The notes beneath the pieces were generated by a model. The model searched no databases. It had not been told where the DNA came from and saw only the letters and a list, made by a program, of their open reading frames with translations. This document shows positions 1 through 11,502 of a stretch of 64,000 bases of DNA, piece by piece. Location: contig MU004190.1 of NCBI GenBank assembly GCA_010093605.1, positions 868,001 to 932,000 of the forward strand, written 5' to 3'. This DNA comes from Lophium mytilinum. Lineage: Eukaryota. Each line of letters begins with the position of its first letter. Positions within the stretch are counted from its first letter, which is position 1. Position numbers and translations under genes: made by a program.

Positions 1-262
1 TTACTTGCAGAGGATACAACCTTGCGCATTTTGTGCGTACTCTGCATTGAAGGCTTGAAGCTAAGGCATGAGAGCCTTGATAAAGGTTGAGCTAGCCCCA
101 GCTTATAGAGGCTGGAGGGTGCTTGTTTGGCCGAAGCTCTAATAGCAGTCTTCGGGCTTCTCTTTTTCGTGCTTCTCGCATCCTTCCTTATCATTCGGAG
201 TCGCGAACGGAGACCCTTCTGCAGAACGTGATTGTTTGGATTGCAACGCGCACTCTGAAGCT

Positions 263-1286
263 ATGGAAAAAAGGTGTTTCCTGTGGATATGCTTGGGACT
301 GGGATGGACTGTAGGAGTTGGAGCGCAAGCTATGGCTGCGTGCGCGGTGAGTCCGTCTCGATTGCATACTTCATTGCACATCACTGAGCTGGAAGCTGAT
401 CAATTCGCGCCTACAGCAAGGCTGCGTAGGCATATCGACGGCTAGCTGCAAACCGACAGATTACACCTGCATGTGTAATAGTGCCGATTACATCTCCAAG
501 CTCACTGGATGTATCTACGAGGAATGCGATGAGACAGAATCAGCAGCGGCGAAGGAGTTCTTAGAGGAGCTGTGCAGTGGTACCTATAGCCCCAGTCCCG
601 AAATCTCTCACCAGCGTATACTGATGGCATATCCAGGCGCTGGATCCCCAATCACCATATCCTCCAAAGGCGCCACCGCCAATTCCGACGACACCTCTGA
701 CAACGAAGCCTTGGAGAACGATTGGAAAGGCATGGAAGACCACCCGCTCGAGCTGCGGCAGGAAACCGAGCTAGGCACCTTCTTCGAAACCGGTCAAACG
801 GAAACTGGATTCCCGACCGAGACTGGCATTACTACCTTACCGACGATCACTGACACCTTCACTACAGCCTTCACCGGAACGGGCACTATCACAGGCACCG
901 CCAGGACAGGCTCTCCAACGACCGGCAGCCGCACAATTGGTAGCCCAACAACTTCCACATCCACGCCCACCCCGAACAACCGCGGCGGCGGCGGACTCAG
1001 CACCGGCGCAAAAGTCGGCATTGGATTGGGCGTCCCGCTCGGCGCCATCATAATAGCAGGTTTAGTAGGTCTTGGGTGGTTCCTGAGGCGACGAAGCAAG
1101 AACAAAGCTGCTGCTGTAGCTAACTCGCAGCCGGAGATGGTGGGCCCGGCTAAGCTGGGTGGAGCAAGCCAGTCTGTTGGCGCAGAGCTGCCGACGAAGG
1201 GGAACACGCATGAGATGCCGGCTGGAGCGTGGATGGGACAGCCTCAAGGTCAGTTCGCGCCTGCGGAGTTGGGCGAGAATAGGTAA
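263..1286 (+). CDS. CFEM-domain, Ser/Thr-rich single-pass membrane protein. Exons 263-346, 417-579, 637-1286; the second intron is in frame and tentative.
   Basis: Signal-like N-terminus MEKRCFLWICLGLGWTVGVGAQ. Intron GTGAGT(347)..CTGAT..CAG(416) joins ACA|QGCVGISTASCKPTDYTCMCNSADYISKLTGCIYEECD..ELC, a CFEM Cys pattern. Thr-rich stalk, then GLSTGAKVGIGLGVPLGAIIIAGLVGLGWFLRRR transmembrane segment and an AELP/HEMP/AELG tail. Confidence 0.8.
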
Positions 1287-1751
1287 GGGTATGTGTAGAG
1301 GTCCCGTGTATGTGGGTGTGGAGGGCGATTGCGCGTTTCGAAGGGCAGGTAATCGTAGAGCGTTTTGCATATACCTAGAAAGCCACTAAATGAATGTAAG
1401 AGCGTACTGACTTTACCAAGGAACAAATTTGCTCTGCTCTTGAACCATCATACTCTCTAGATAGTCTGGCACTGGAGAAGGCAACCAGCCAGATCTATCA
1501 GAGAACCGCGCTTTCAACATCAGATTACGCGATTTTTTTTCGTGTATCTGGCAGTTAGTATCACTGCCGAGAGTGAGGCCGAGATGAAGGAACAGACAAA
1601 GCTAGCTTTCACTTCTGAGGACCTGATGTTGAATCAAAGGAGACGGATATCTATCTTTCTGAGCTATACACTCTAAACTATTAGCCTCATCCCAAGTAGA
1701 GCTGGCCGAACTCACCGAGATCTTGATCCTAGCCAAAGCAAGCCTCCCCAA

Positions 1752-2811
1752 TCAATCAAAATACCCCGGGAAAAGCCAGTTCAGCTTCTCAACCGCCTCC
1801 TTCTTCCTCCCATCCTTATGCGTAATCCCGCCTGCCCACTTCATCTGCCCTTCCAAATGCCTCGCCTTCACCTGCTCCCCATGCTCCTCCTTACTCAACT
1901 CATCCAACACAGCCCCCACAAACCTCCTCGCGTTCTCCGAATTCGCCTTCATATGCCCCATCACCATCTCCACATTCACATCCTCGCTATCATGCCAGCA
2001 ATCATAATCCGTCGCCATACAAATCATCTGATACCCCACCTCCGCCTCCCTTGCCAGCTTCGCCTCAGGCAACGCGCTCATATTAATCACGCTCCCGCCC
2101 CACGCACGGTACAGGTTGCTCTCCGCGCGCGTCGAGAACTGCGGGCCCTCCATGCATATCACGGTGCCCTTGTCGTGCAGCCGCACGCCCTCGCCCTCGA
2201 GGCTGTGTCCGCAGCGCCGCACGATCTTCGCGAGCCCTTCGTCGAAAGGGTCGCCGAAGCCGACGTGGCCAACCATCCCGCCCTCGAAGAAGGTGAAGGG
2301 CCGGATGCCCTTGGTGCGGTCGATGATCTGGTCCGGCACGACGAAATCGCGTGGGTGGATTTCTTCTTGCAGCGAGCCGACGGCGGAGAAGGCGATGATG
2401 GTGCGGACGCCGAGGGCGCGCAGGGCGGCGATGTTGGCGCGGTTGGGGACTTCATGGGGGGCGATTTCGTGGTGGAGGCCGTGGCGGGAGAGGAAGGCGA
2501 CGGGGATAGGGGCGCCGGAGGAGGGAGAGGGGTGTTGGAGGATGGAGATGGGGGAGGACGGGGCGCCCCACGGCGTGGTGGGAGTGAGAGTTGCGGCGAG
2601 GGTGAAGTTGGGGAGGCTTTGGAGGCCTGTCCCACCGATTACGGCGATGTGGACGGGGTCTATGTGTTGTTAGATGGAGTATATATGTTGGATTGAGGTG
2701 CGAGGTGAGGTATTTCATAGCTATAGCTCCGTTTGGCGGGGTAATGATGACAAAAATATTGTGAGAACTTGAGAATTACGTACCCGCGTAGGTAGTTGGA
2801 ACGTCAGCCAT
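1752..2811 (-). CDS. MEU1: S-methyl-5'-thioadenosine phosphorylase (MTAP). Exons 2811-2784 and 2659-1752.
   Basis: Spliced product MADVPTTYADPVHIAVIGGTG; LSRHG, CMEGPQFSTRAES, INMS.LPEAKLAREAE and MATDYDCW motifs of the PNP/MTAP family. Confidence 0.95.
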
Positions 2812-3301
2812 CCTTCTATGCGGAATTGTAATTGAGCGTGCAAACTTGAATGAAGTCGACGGGAGACGGGTTGGAAAGCGAGCGGTTCGTGTCAATGTCA
2901 GCATGGGAAAATTCGGGTGAAGGAGGGGCAGGGGCTCGGATACACGTCGATTAGGCAACCCACGTGTCAAGCTATTTACCCCCCGAGCAATTAGTACCTA
3001 GTTTTAAGGACCAAACGCATAGCTCCCCAGCCGAGACATTTTGGTAATCAGAAAATTACAACGACCTGTAGAATCTGGAGTAATTGGCCGCCTTGTCGCT
3101 TCGCCATGAGCACAAGTCTTGACAATATGACCACAAGGAAGTGGGCAGTTTTTGAAATGGCACAGGGAGCTGTCTTTCAACAGCCCTGAAGGCAGGGAGA
3201 CTTTAAGAAGCGAACTATGTGAATAGGGCTAGATAGAGAAAGCAAGTTTTACTGAATGAAGGCCCATTGATCCGTTTATGATAAATAGTATCTTCCTGTA
3301 T

Positions 3302-4222
3302 CTACATCCCGGACATCTTGCGCAAGGCCGCCTTCCAGATTGTCTTCATTCTTCTGCCCATCCAGGTCAGAGCGATTGCTGGACTTAGCATTGCGTTATA
3401 GAGCACGAGATCTCGACGGACCAAAGGACGCCTCGGAGTGCACATCCGCAACCATGTGGGTTCTTGGCCTGGCATCCGATCAGACAGCCAACTGATGCGC
3501 ACCTCGCGAGGCCTAGGAAACAAATCAGAGAGAAAAAGAGGCCTGTATAGCAAGATACAGTATTCGAATGGTTCCTCTTCGTCTTCCGGCCAGACAGTCT
3601 TACAATAGTAACCAAATGACCAGCGGAGATACGTAGGACCAGCCGCCGTTACGAGGCCTTTTTCGCAGAAATAGTCCCAACTATCTTGGTCAGGCTCCTC
3701 TTGGTCAGTTTCCGAGTAGCTTTTCGGAAGAATCAAGGTTAACCTCCGAATGTTTGGGAATACAGTCGCAGCATTTGCTATAAAGGTCGACATTCTTCTT
3801 TCAGGTATGGCAATCCTCGAGTTCTCCCAGCTTCTATGAGGTACGCTAATAGTCGGGTTTTCATCTGGGAAGTAGACAAAGGCCATGGAGGTTATAGCGT
3901 TGAAGGACTCGGGTCGCAGTACCGAGGACAAGGAGACAAGCTTGTCGCGGGCCCATGATGTGGTTGCGAAGGTGATCATACTGAATGCAAGGATATGAGC
4001 TTCAGTGTATACGCCGCGACAGGTGAGGAGGAGAGAAAGACTGTGGGACTCGGAGCAGGCGAGGTTGTCGAAGTAGTGCGTGTATATCTTATTGCGAAGC
4101 TCTGCAGGGAGTTGGAAGAATGGGGACCTGGATTGAGACTTTGGCGGCTGTTTTGGCAGGGGACGAGGTTCCGATACTTGCACAGGTTTTCGCCATGTCT
4201 TGCTGATGATATGTTTGAACAT
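3302..4222 (-). CDS. Hypothetical protein with an N-terminal F-box-like motif
   Basis: 306-aa ORF with SPFFQLPAELRNKIY..LSLLLTCRGVYTEA, typical of expanded fungal F-box-like families. Confidence 0.7.
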   Translation of the reverse strand: MFKHIISKTWRKPVQVSEPRPLPKQPPKSQSRSPFFQLPAELRNKIYTHYFDNLACSESHSLSLLLTCRGVYTEAHILAFSMITFATTSWARDKLVSLSSVLRPESFNAITSMAFVYFPDENPTISVPHRSWENSRIAIPERRMSTFIANAATVFPNIRRLTLILPKSYSETDQEEPDQDSWDYFCEKGLVTAAGPTYLRWSFGYYCKTVWPEDEEEPFEYCILLYRPLFLSDLFPRPREVRISWLSDRMPGQEPTWLRMCTPRRPLVRRDLVLYNAMLSPAIALTWMGRRMKTIWKAALRKMSGM

Positions 4223-4706
4223 GGTATGTACAATTCGGAGAGCGCTCTGCTGTTACAGAGATGCCAGGTGTAATGTTGATCGTCTAGATCGTGAAAGAGG
4301 CCTGATGGCCGATTTACAGGTCGCACAGGTCTTTACTTTCGCTCTGGATAGTAGTGGAACCCAATAATGAAGCTGGTAATGAGTCGTGCGAAATAAACAA
4401 GGCTGAACTTCAAGGCCCCCGCACGATGCCGCCAGTACGATAGTTTAGTCTGAGATGAGACCGGTAGAGTAGTTTAGAATGTCCAAGTCTACTCATCCCT
4501 CACCGGGCTCAGGCCACCCTCCTCTCTCCGTCAATCTCGTCCAAGACATCCACCTTACACTAATATGACAGCAAGTCAAATATTGCAGGCATAGACTGCC
4601 ATGACGCGTGATAGATGCCTTGCCTCCAGAGCCGCCACAGCTTCAATAGGCTCCAATGTCTCACCGGCGCACTCCGTCTCAAACATTAACTCGAGGGCTG
4701 CACATA

Positions 4707-5055
4707 CAGTAAAACCTGGTTATAGTGTTATCGGGTTATAGTGATATTCTCTATAGAGTGATAAATTTCGGCTGACCGTGGGTTTTTGTATGGGGTATAG
4801 TAATAAGCTGGTTACTATGGTATCATAAGCCCCCGCTCACCAAGATCACTCTAACCAGAGGGGAAATTTGTATGGGCAGGTGGTCCGTGGCACCTCCAAC
4901 CCCCTTCAACCCCCCTTCAAACCTCCCTAATTTTGTGTTTTCAGGAGGCCTGTGGCTTACAAATCACCAGCACGTGACATTGGATACAGTGATACTCTCT
5001 ATATAGTGATACACCCCCTCGGAAAAACCCGTATCACTATAACCAGGTTTTACTG
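4707..5055. mobile_element. Non-autonomous Tc1/mariner (pogo-like) MITE, 349 bp
   Basis: Perfect 21-bp terminal inverted repeats CAGTAAAACCTGGTTATAGTG (4707-4727 and 5035-5055), flanked by TA on both sides (4705-4706, 5056-5057). Internal TATAGTGATA-like subterminal repeats; no ORF. Confidence 0.92.
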
Positions 5056-5777
5056 TACAATGCTTCTCTAGCTTCCAAATGGAACCCGTCATCAGGTCTC
5101 TCGAGCACGTCTATCCACTCCAGTGGCCCGATCACGCTTCAACGACGGGCCCACTAACGTCGGGCCTAGCGCTGATAGCACTATGGACGCGTGAATGATC
5201 CACGACCTAAAGCCTCAGCTAACCAGTTCTTCTAGAAAGCGCCACAGTTTTTATCTTCTTCTGCCAAGCCCCGATTTCTAGCAAGGGACCCTTAGCCACA
5301 GAATTGTTTCAGTAACAGCTTTAAGCGCACGCTAAGCTACTCATACACATCGATCGTCGAGCCGCCCCTGTTTAAGGTTCACTGCAACCTGTTCACCGGT
5401 CCAAAAGGGGGCTGCAACTGCATCACTGCTGAGGCAAAAGCACTGAAAGCGGTTGCAGTGGAGCATCGTGATGTATCTATCGAGTAACCACGCTTAGGTA
5501 GGTGTGAGCCTGGACCCGATTGATTCTCAGCCTCGCGCAAGAGACCGCACCTCACATTTTGTCTACTTATAAGCTGTCTTTTCCCTTCAAGATAGAGATT
5601 TCTCCAATATATTTCTCTACTTGCTCTTACTTCGCGTCTCCGCACTCGCTATTCTCTCCTGGTCTTCGCCTGAACTCGTAGACATTATTTTCTCCCGTAA
5701 CGCATCGCTTTTACTCATATACTGGGCACAACAGAACCAATTCGTAAATATCAACCACATTTTCTGTGAAACACAAC

Positions 5778-6975
5778 ATGGTACCATCAAAGTCACTCAT
5801 TGCATCGTTCATTTCTGTCATCTTCTCTTCAACCATCAAGGCTGACCCCGCTTGCTACGACTCGGACATTACATGCCCAAAAGCTACCATCCAGGCGCCT
5901 TGGAATGATCTCTGTACTGGAGCCGTTCTCCGCATTGATTATACGAAGATTTACCCTCAAAACATTTCCATTTCCAATGTCTTCAGCGGAAATAGATGCA
6001 GTGATTATGGCGAAGGAATCTCAGGCTACGTATTTGGAGCCTTGCAAGTAAACCATCTCCGTAATCATACAACACTGCAGGCTTGCTAATACGTCGTTTT
6101 ATACTAGCATACAAAGCATTCAGACAACCTGCACACCTCTTAATCAATGCGGAGCAATGAATTCCAGCTTCCCCACTGGGAGCAACAGTCAGATCCTCAA
6201 CTTTGTTTGCACTGGAGCAGGATGCATCGACGAGAATGTGGGAGGGAATGTGGGCATTGTTGCTTCTACTAGTGGGTCTGATGTGGCTCCTGACAATAGT
6301 GCAATTGTTGTATCTCCTGGTACCAGCGAAGTCGTTGCGCCCATTCCTACGGCTGAGGCGGTGCCTGTTCCTAGCAGCTCGGCGATTGATACGTCGTCGG
6401 CGGTGCCCTCGCCACCATCGTCGGCTGTGCCTTCACCACGGCATCACCGTAGGCGTGGACTACACTACTCACTCGACGCCCAGCACGCGGATCGACTGCG
6501 CTGGCAGGACAGAGGTGTGGGTTCTCGTTACTCGTATCTACACGCGTCATGCTGTCTCGTTGGCGTTTACGAATATGCCGAAGGTGGCGGTGGATGATGG
6601 GTTGTATGAGAATGCGTGCACGCCTTCGCAGGCGGGCGTGGATCATCGCGGGTTTGCGCTGTTGAATGAAGATCCGTGGTTTCGGAAGCCGGGGCGGGCG
6701 GCGAATGCGGCGCTGACTTCGTTGTATTCGGTTGCTCCAAAGTGGAGACGAGATGGCGGTGCGGCGGCTCGCAACGACACGGGAGAGCGCCAGATGAGAT
6801 GGAGATGGATGTGGATATGGAGGGCGACGCTTGGCTCGCGGAGTTGGTGCCTCGAGCGGTGCCTGCGGAGGCTTTAGCGATGATTACGGGACTCAGCCCA
6901 CGCGTGGCTATCGCGGCGTCGACTGAGCGCGCTGCTGTACCAGATCTGCCCAAGGAGACGGGAGGAGCGCGGTAA
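5778..6975 (+). pseudogene. Secreted Cys-containing effector-like gene with a GC-AG intron (6044-6107) and probably two frameshifts (about 6438 and 6790); as read it ends at 6597
   Basis: Signal peptide MVPSKSLIASFISVIFSSTIKA. Donor GCAAGT, branch GCTAAT and acceptor TAG join it in frame to FIQSIQTTCTPLNQCGAMNSS. After an S/P linker, protein-like sequence continues in two other frames. Confidence 0.55.
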
Positions 6976-9900
6976 GCGCGGAAACGGAGACCATGTCGAC
7001 AGCCTGTATGGACTTCCGCTCATGTTTCTAAATCGCTTCGACACGTTCTCGGAAGTCTGGACTGAGTGACATCCCTATTACTGCACTTCCTCGCCGCCCT
7101 ATCAAGGCCTTTCTTCAACACGACACCATAGAGTACCTCACGCGACGCATAAGACTCGAGCACACTCTTCCACGACGATATCGCTACTGGAAACGCATAT
7201 TTTATACTTTAGGTTATAATAAAAACTGCAGCATCAAGACCCCGACCACCGCGCCGCAAGATCTCAAAAAGAACTCATGGACATTTGAGCTAAGCTACGT
7301 TTTCCGGCATGCAAAGAAAACAAGATCTGATGAAGCAAGCGTCTGATTCGATTTGAGCGCTCTAGAGATGGTATTAAAACACGATGTTGCTCGGCCGCTC
7401 ACCTGAGTCTGGCCTCCGATGAAGTGGTAGTACGCTCAACTCTACATCGCGCGAAACTATCTAGGAAATATGTAACGTGAGTCACAGCTACGAAAACCAC
7501 AGCGCAACTAGTCTCTATGCGCAGAACCGTGTAAACGGGCATGAAATAATTCTACGAAATGGATGTGACTGTGTTCGAAGAAAGGAAGGCGCAGCCGGAT
7601 TTCGAAGCAAGGACGTCCATCCTTCGACTCCTTCAACTCTAGGTTCTAATCTGAGGATGCAAGGAACTACGGATGTTGGGAGTGGGGTCTTGAAACGGGC
7701 TTCATTTTATTCGATCCGAAGAGAGTTATAAGGAGGCGTCGTCCTCTGTTGGTATGTTGTGTTTTTTGGGAGGGGAGTTCTGTGAGGTGGAGCGAGGGCG
7801 CTAGTACTCCGTATTCGACGTCTACTTACCGCGACTTCCGTTGGACGACAGCCACGACTTTCATCACTAGCATCAAGCAAAATCATTTGCAAGTCTATAC
7901 AGAAGCATGTCCCTTGGTTTTTCGGCGAGTTTGACATCCGCTACTTCGTCGAGGCTTCGGCGACTTTTGACGAAGCAAGGATGCCAATACGCTACCACGA
8001 CATCCTTTAGTCGACGTCGCCGATTCTCAAATTCAACCACGAACAACACCCACGAGAAACACCTAAAGCTTTCCGTCGAAATCTATGTAGCTTGGGAATC
8101 TCACTGCGCAGCTCACAGAGTAGAGCATGGCAAGCACGCTTGTGCACTACCACGACACGCATCGGATGACACCTACATTATTCGACTCCAACCACGAACA
8201 ACGTTCGCAGGACTAGTCAAGACATTTTTCGTCGATTTCTGAAAAAGGCCCGAAGTCCCCTCCTTCCCAACGAGCGAGTCCTGCACGACTGAGATGGTAC
8301 AATAGTGACAAGTCATGCTTTTCGGATCCGCCGACCCGGTGGTTGCAGGCACTCACCTGGACATGGAATGCAACCTCACTTTCTCTCGCAGACGGTTCCG
8401 CAAATTTCTTTCCAGACCTCGATGGACCGCCAGACATGGCTTGCAAGGAAGGTTTTATTTTTCGCTGAGCGTGACTCGAGTCTTGTATCAGATGGCGACA
8501 TCTCCGGCCAAGAGGGCGAACGTTGGGACCCTACTAGGAAGTGCGTCTACAAGTTGTGCTTAGCCGAACAGAGTGATGCAGTCCGCTCACGTGGAGGTTC
8601 TACAGAAGAATGGGTGGTGGTTCATCGGAGTCTTGTCGGGACAACTCTGGGTGGTTGGGCTGTGGCTCGGAGTTCTTTCCTCAGGTCACGATGGCCTCAG
8701 TGGGCCCCAAGCTAGTCTTCGGCGGATCTGTCGCTCGCAGAAGCTTCGCGGAAGCCAGAGAAGGTCAGTCGAGGCCCGTAAGCCGTCAACGTTGCGGGAC
8801 GGGACGAAGCTGATAAGTGATAAGCCGAGCGGACTCACCATTAGACTCTCAGGGCATGAACCTGTTCCTTCACATCGGCCCTCGAGACGGCAGAGCAAGA
8901 GTGGGCCGAACAGGCATCTTTCAAAGTAAACAGATGGAACCAACCGGCGGCAAGCAAGAAGCAGAAAAGCAAGAATTTCGCAGATATCTGATTGGCGGGC
9001 AGCGGTTTCTGTTATCCAACAATTCTCCACCACGTTGAATCGGCGTGCCGATGAAGAGTCTTCGGCTCCCGCATGTCGGTGTGCCTTTAGCCTGGTCCGG
9101 TGCAGGTGGTTTGTGAACTGAGAGACCCGACTGGACGAAGAGGGCCCTTTGATGCGGGTGGATAAGGACGGGTTAACAGCCGTTCAATCGGCGGGCGATC
9201 TGGGGACGGCTGGGCCTGCGCTAGCACAGGGCTGCGTGGCATGCCGGTAGAAATGCCTCGCTGTTGCTGCATCGCGACATCATCCAGTGCCGGACCTGCA
9301 GAGTCGTGCAGGGTGGCATCTCACATGCGCCAACTGGCCAGCTGGGCACGGCTGCGCAGGCGGTATGCGACATGCAAACTGAAAATACAGACAAAATACT
9401 GGGCAAGAGGGTCGCAAAAAGAAGGAGTTGGTGGGCAGTTTACGCGAGAGTGGTGTTGATTCGAACCGTGGTTGGAACTTCCAGAAAAGCTAGACATTTT
9501 GTCGCGTCGGGGCGAGGAATTGGTGAAACGAGCTCGTCCAGACACCTTCTGGCAGGCGGCCAATCTCTTCAAGAAGAACAGGCGACCCACCAATCATTTC
9601 GGCCGCGACAGCCCTCTCCACTCAATTGCGCGGCCTCTGGTCGTCGTCAGTCGGTCGGGATCCCCTCAGTCGGTGGTCCATCGGCGGTCGGCTCGGGAGC
9701 GACACTGGACTGTCACGGCGTGGTCCACGGTTCCGCTGCCAGCAGCCGGCGCCCAGATCTTGGAACGCTGTCGCCGGGTCAGGGCAAATGGCCAGCGCAC
9801 ACGTGGGTTTACGATATGGCAGCTTGGCAGCTTTGGGTGGTGGTGATGTGCTGGACCTGAACTTCCCACTCTGCTTGCGCGCCCATCAGATGAAACGCTC

Positions 9901-10429
9901 TCGGCCGCCGAATGCGCACAAGCGGTTCCTGACAGGCACACCAATGAGGCACTGCGTGGGCGCCTCCGCCCCGTTATTTACCCCTGTCTGGGTGTGGGAC
10001 AGTAAGATTGCCCAGCAAACAAGAGGCTAAGAAGATGACTCTGCAGGGGGGGTGCGGCACGGTGGCTTGCACGGGTCGGACACTGTGGACTCTGTGCGCC
10101 AGCTGCCGATCGCTCCTCAAGCGCCAGGGGCCGAGAAGAGTAGAGTGCCTGGCGCCCCGTTTCCTGCTGCTCTTCTTCTCCTTCACCTCGTCCGCATCCG
10201 TCCACTACAAAGCCTCTCTTGTCCTTCTGTATTCAGCCCGTATTCGCGTTCACTCCTTCACGCGGATATTGTTGCTTTTAGTCACTCACTACCACACTCA
10301 TCTTCGGATCAGACCAGTCATTTACCTGCTTCACTGCACTGAACAGTACACTGCAACGACAGCTCACGACTCTCCACTGTACAATCAACTCCAACAACTG
10401 TCTATACAACACTATCGACGCCATTCGAC

Positions 10430-11502
10430 ATGCGCTCAAACACTGCTTTCGTGCTGGCCACCCTCGCCATCGGCCAGGCCGCTGCTGGTCACCTCAAACA
10501 TAAGAGCTTCCACGCTCGCCGCAGCAACCTCGCCCAGGACAAGGTTGAAATGTGAGATCTCCTGCGAATCCTGATGCCATGAACATCCTACTAACACGCC
10601 ACAGCGATGTCGGCAAACGCGAAGCCGTCAACTACGATGTCTCCGACGTCGACTGGACCAAGGCCCTCGAGCACGTCGACTGGTCCAAGGTCAACTACGG
10701 CGGCGCCTCCTCCACCCCCTCGCCCAGCGTCGCAGCGCCCTCCTCTTCCGCCGTCGCTATCTCCTCCGTGGTCTCCGTCGCAAAGGTAAAGGCCGAGGCG
10801 ACCCCGACCCCGACGCCTACCAGCGCGCCCGCCTACACGCCCTCCGCGACGCCCTCCTCGTCCTCCCCCGCCGCCGCCGCGTCCTCCAAGGCCTCCACTC
10901 CCTCCCTCACCGGCGCCATCCTCGAAGCCGCGGACAAGGCCAAGCTCCTCGCCCTCGGCTTTATCGGCGAAGGACTCAATGAAGGCGCTGCCTCCGTCGG
11001 CAGCGACGGACCTTACGTCGCCGACGTCTCCAACACCTCCGGCGAGGACCTGATCTTCGTCTGCTGGGCGGGCGCCACCTCGTGGGTCAACGCCCACGTC
11101 CCCGCCCTGACCGTCTCCATCGCATCCGGCAGCTCCAAGAGCATCTCCTTCACCGACTCCTTTTCGGGCGCGTGCTCGGCCGTCTACGAGGACACTGAGC
11201 TCGTCAACGGCCAGGTCAGCAACACGTGGCTCGAGGCGACCTTTGGCGCGTGGGGCACGTATGATGTCTCCCGCGAGGTCAACATGAGCGGCCACTCCAT
11301 CTCGGCTGTCGGCCCGACCTGCACGTCTGATATGAACACGTGCGTCTTCAAGTGCAACTCCGGCAATAGCTGCATGTCGGCGGGCAGCTACTCGCTGCAC
11401 AACTGCGGCAGCGGCGCGGTTGGCACTGCCAGCGATGGGGGTGCGAGCGGTGGGTGCCAGGGGCTTGGAAGCGCAGCGACGATCAAGGTCACCTTGTCGT
11501 AG
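10430..11502 (+). CDS. Secreted Asp f 4 allergen-like protein. Exons 10430-10551 and 10605-11502.
   Basis: Signal peptide MRSNTAFVLATLAIGQAAA, H-rich HARR segment, KR site, S/T/P linker, then a C-terminal domain with NGQVSNTWLEATF..YDVSREVNMSG..CTSDMNTCVFKC. Confidence 0.8.

Noticed and set aside
1818..2696. 292-aa plus-strand ORF and other ORFs overlapping MEU1
   Set aside because: Antisense shadows of a GC-rich, codon-biased gene.
7000..8300. Protein-like fragments (e.g. YIIRLQPRTTFAGLVKTF, weakly ubiquitin-like)
   Set aside because: Multiple stops and no coherent gene model; a pseudogene call would need blastx.
10591..11400. 269-aa minus-strand ORF
   Set aside because: Antisense to the Asp f 4-like gene; no independent features.
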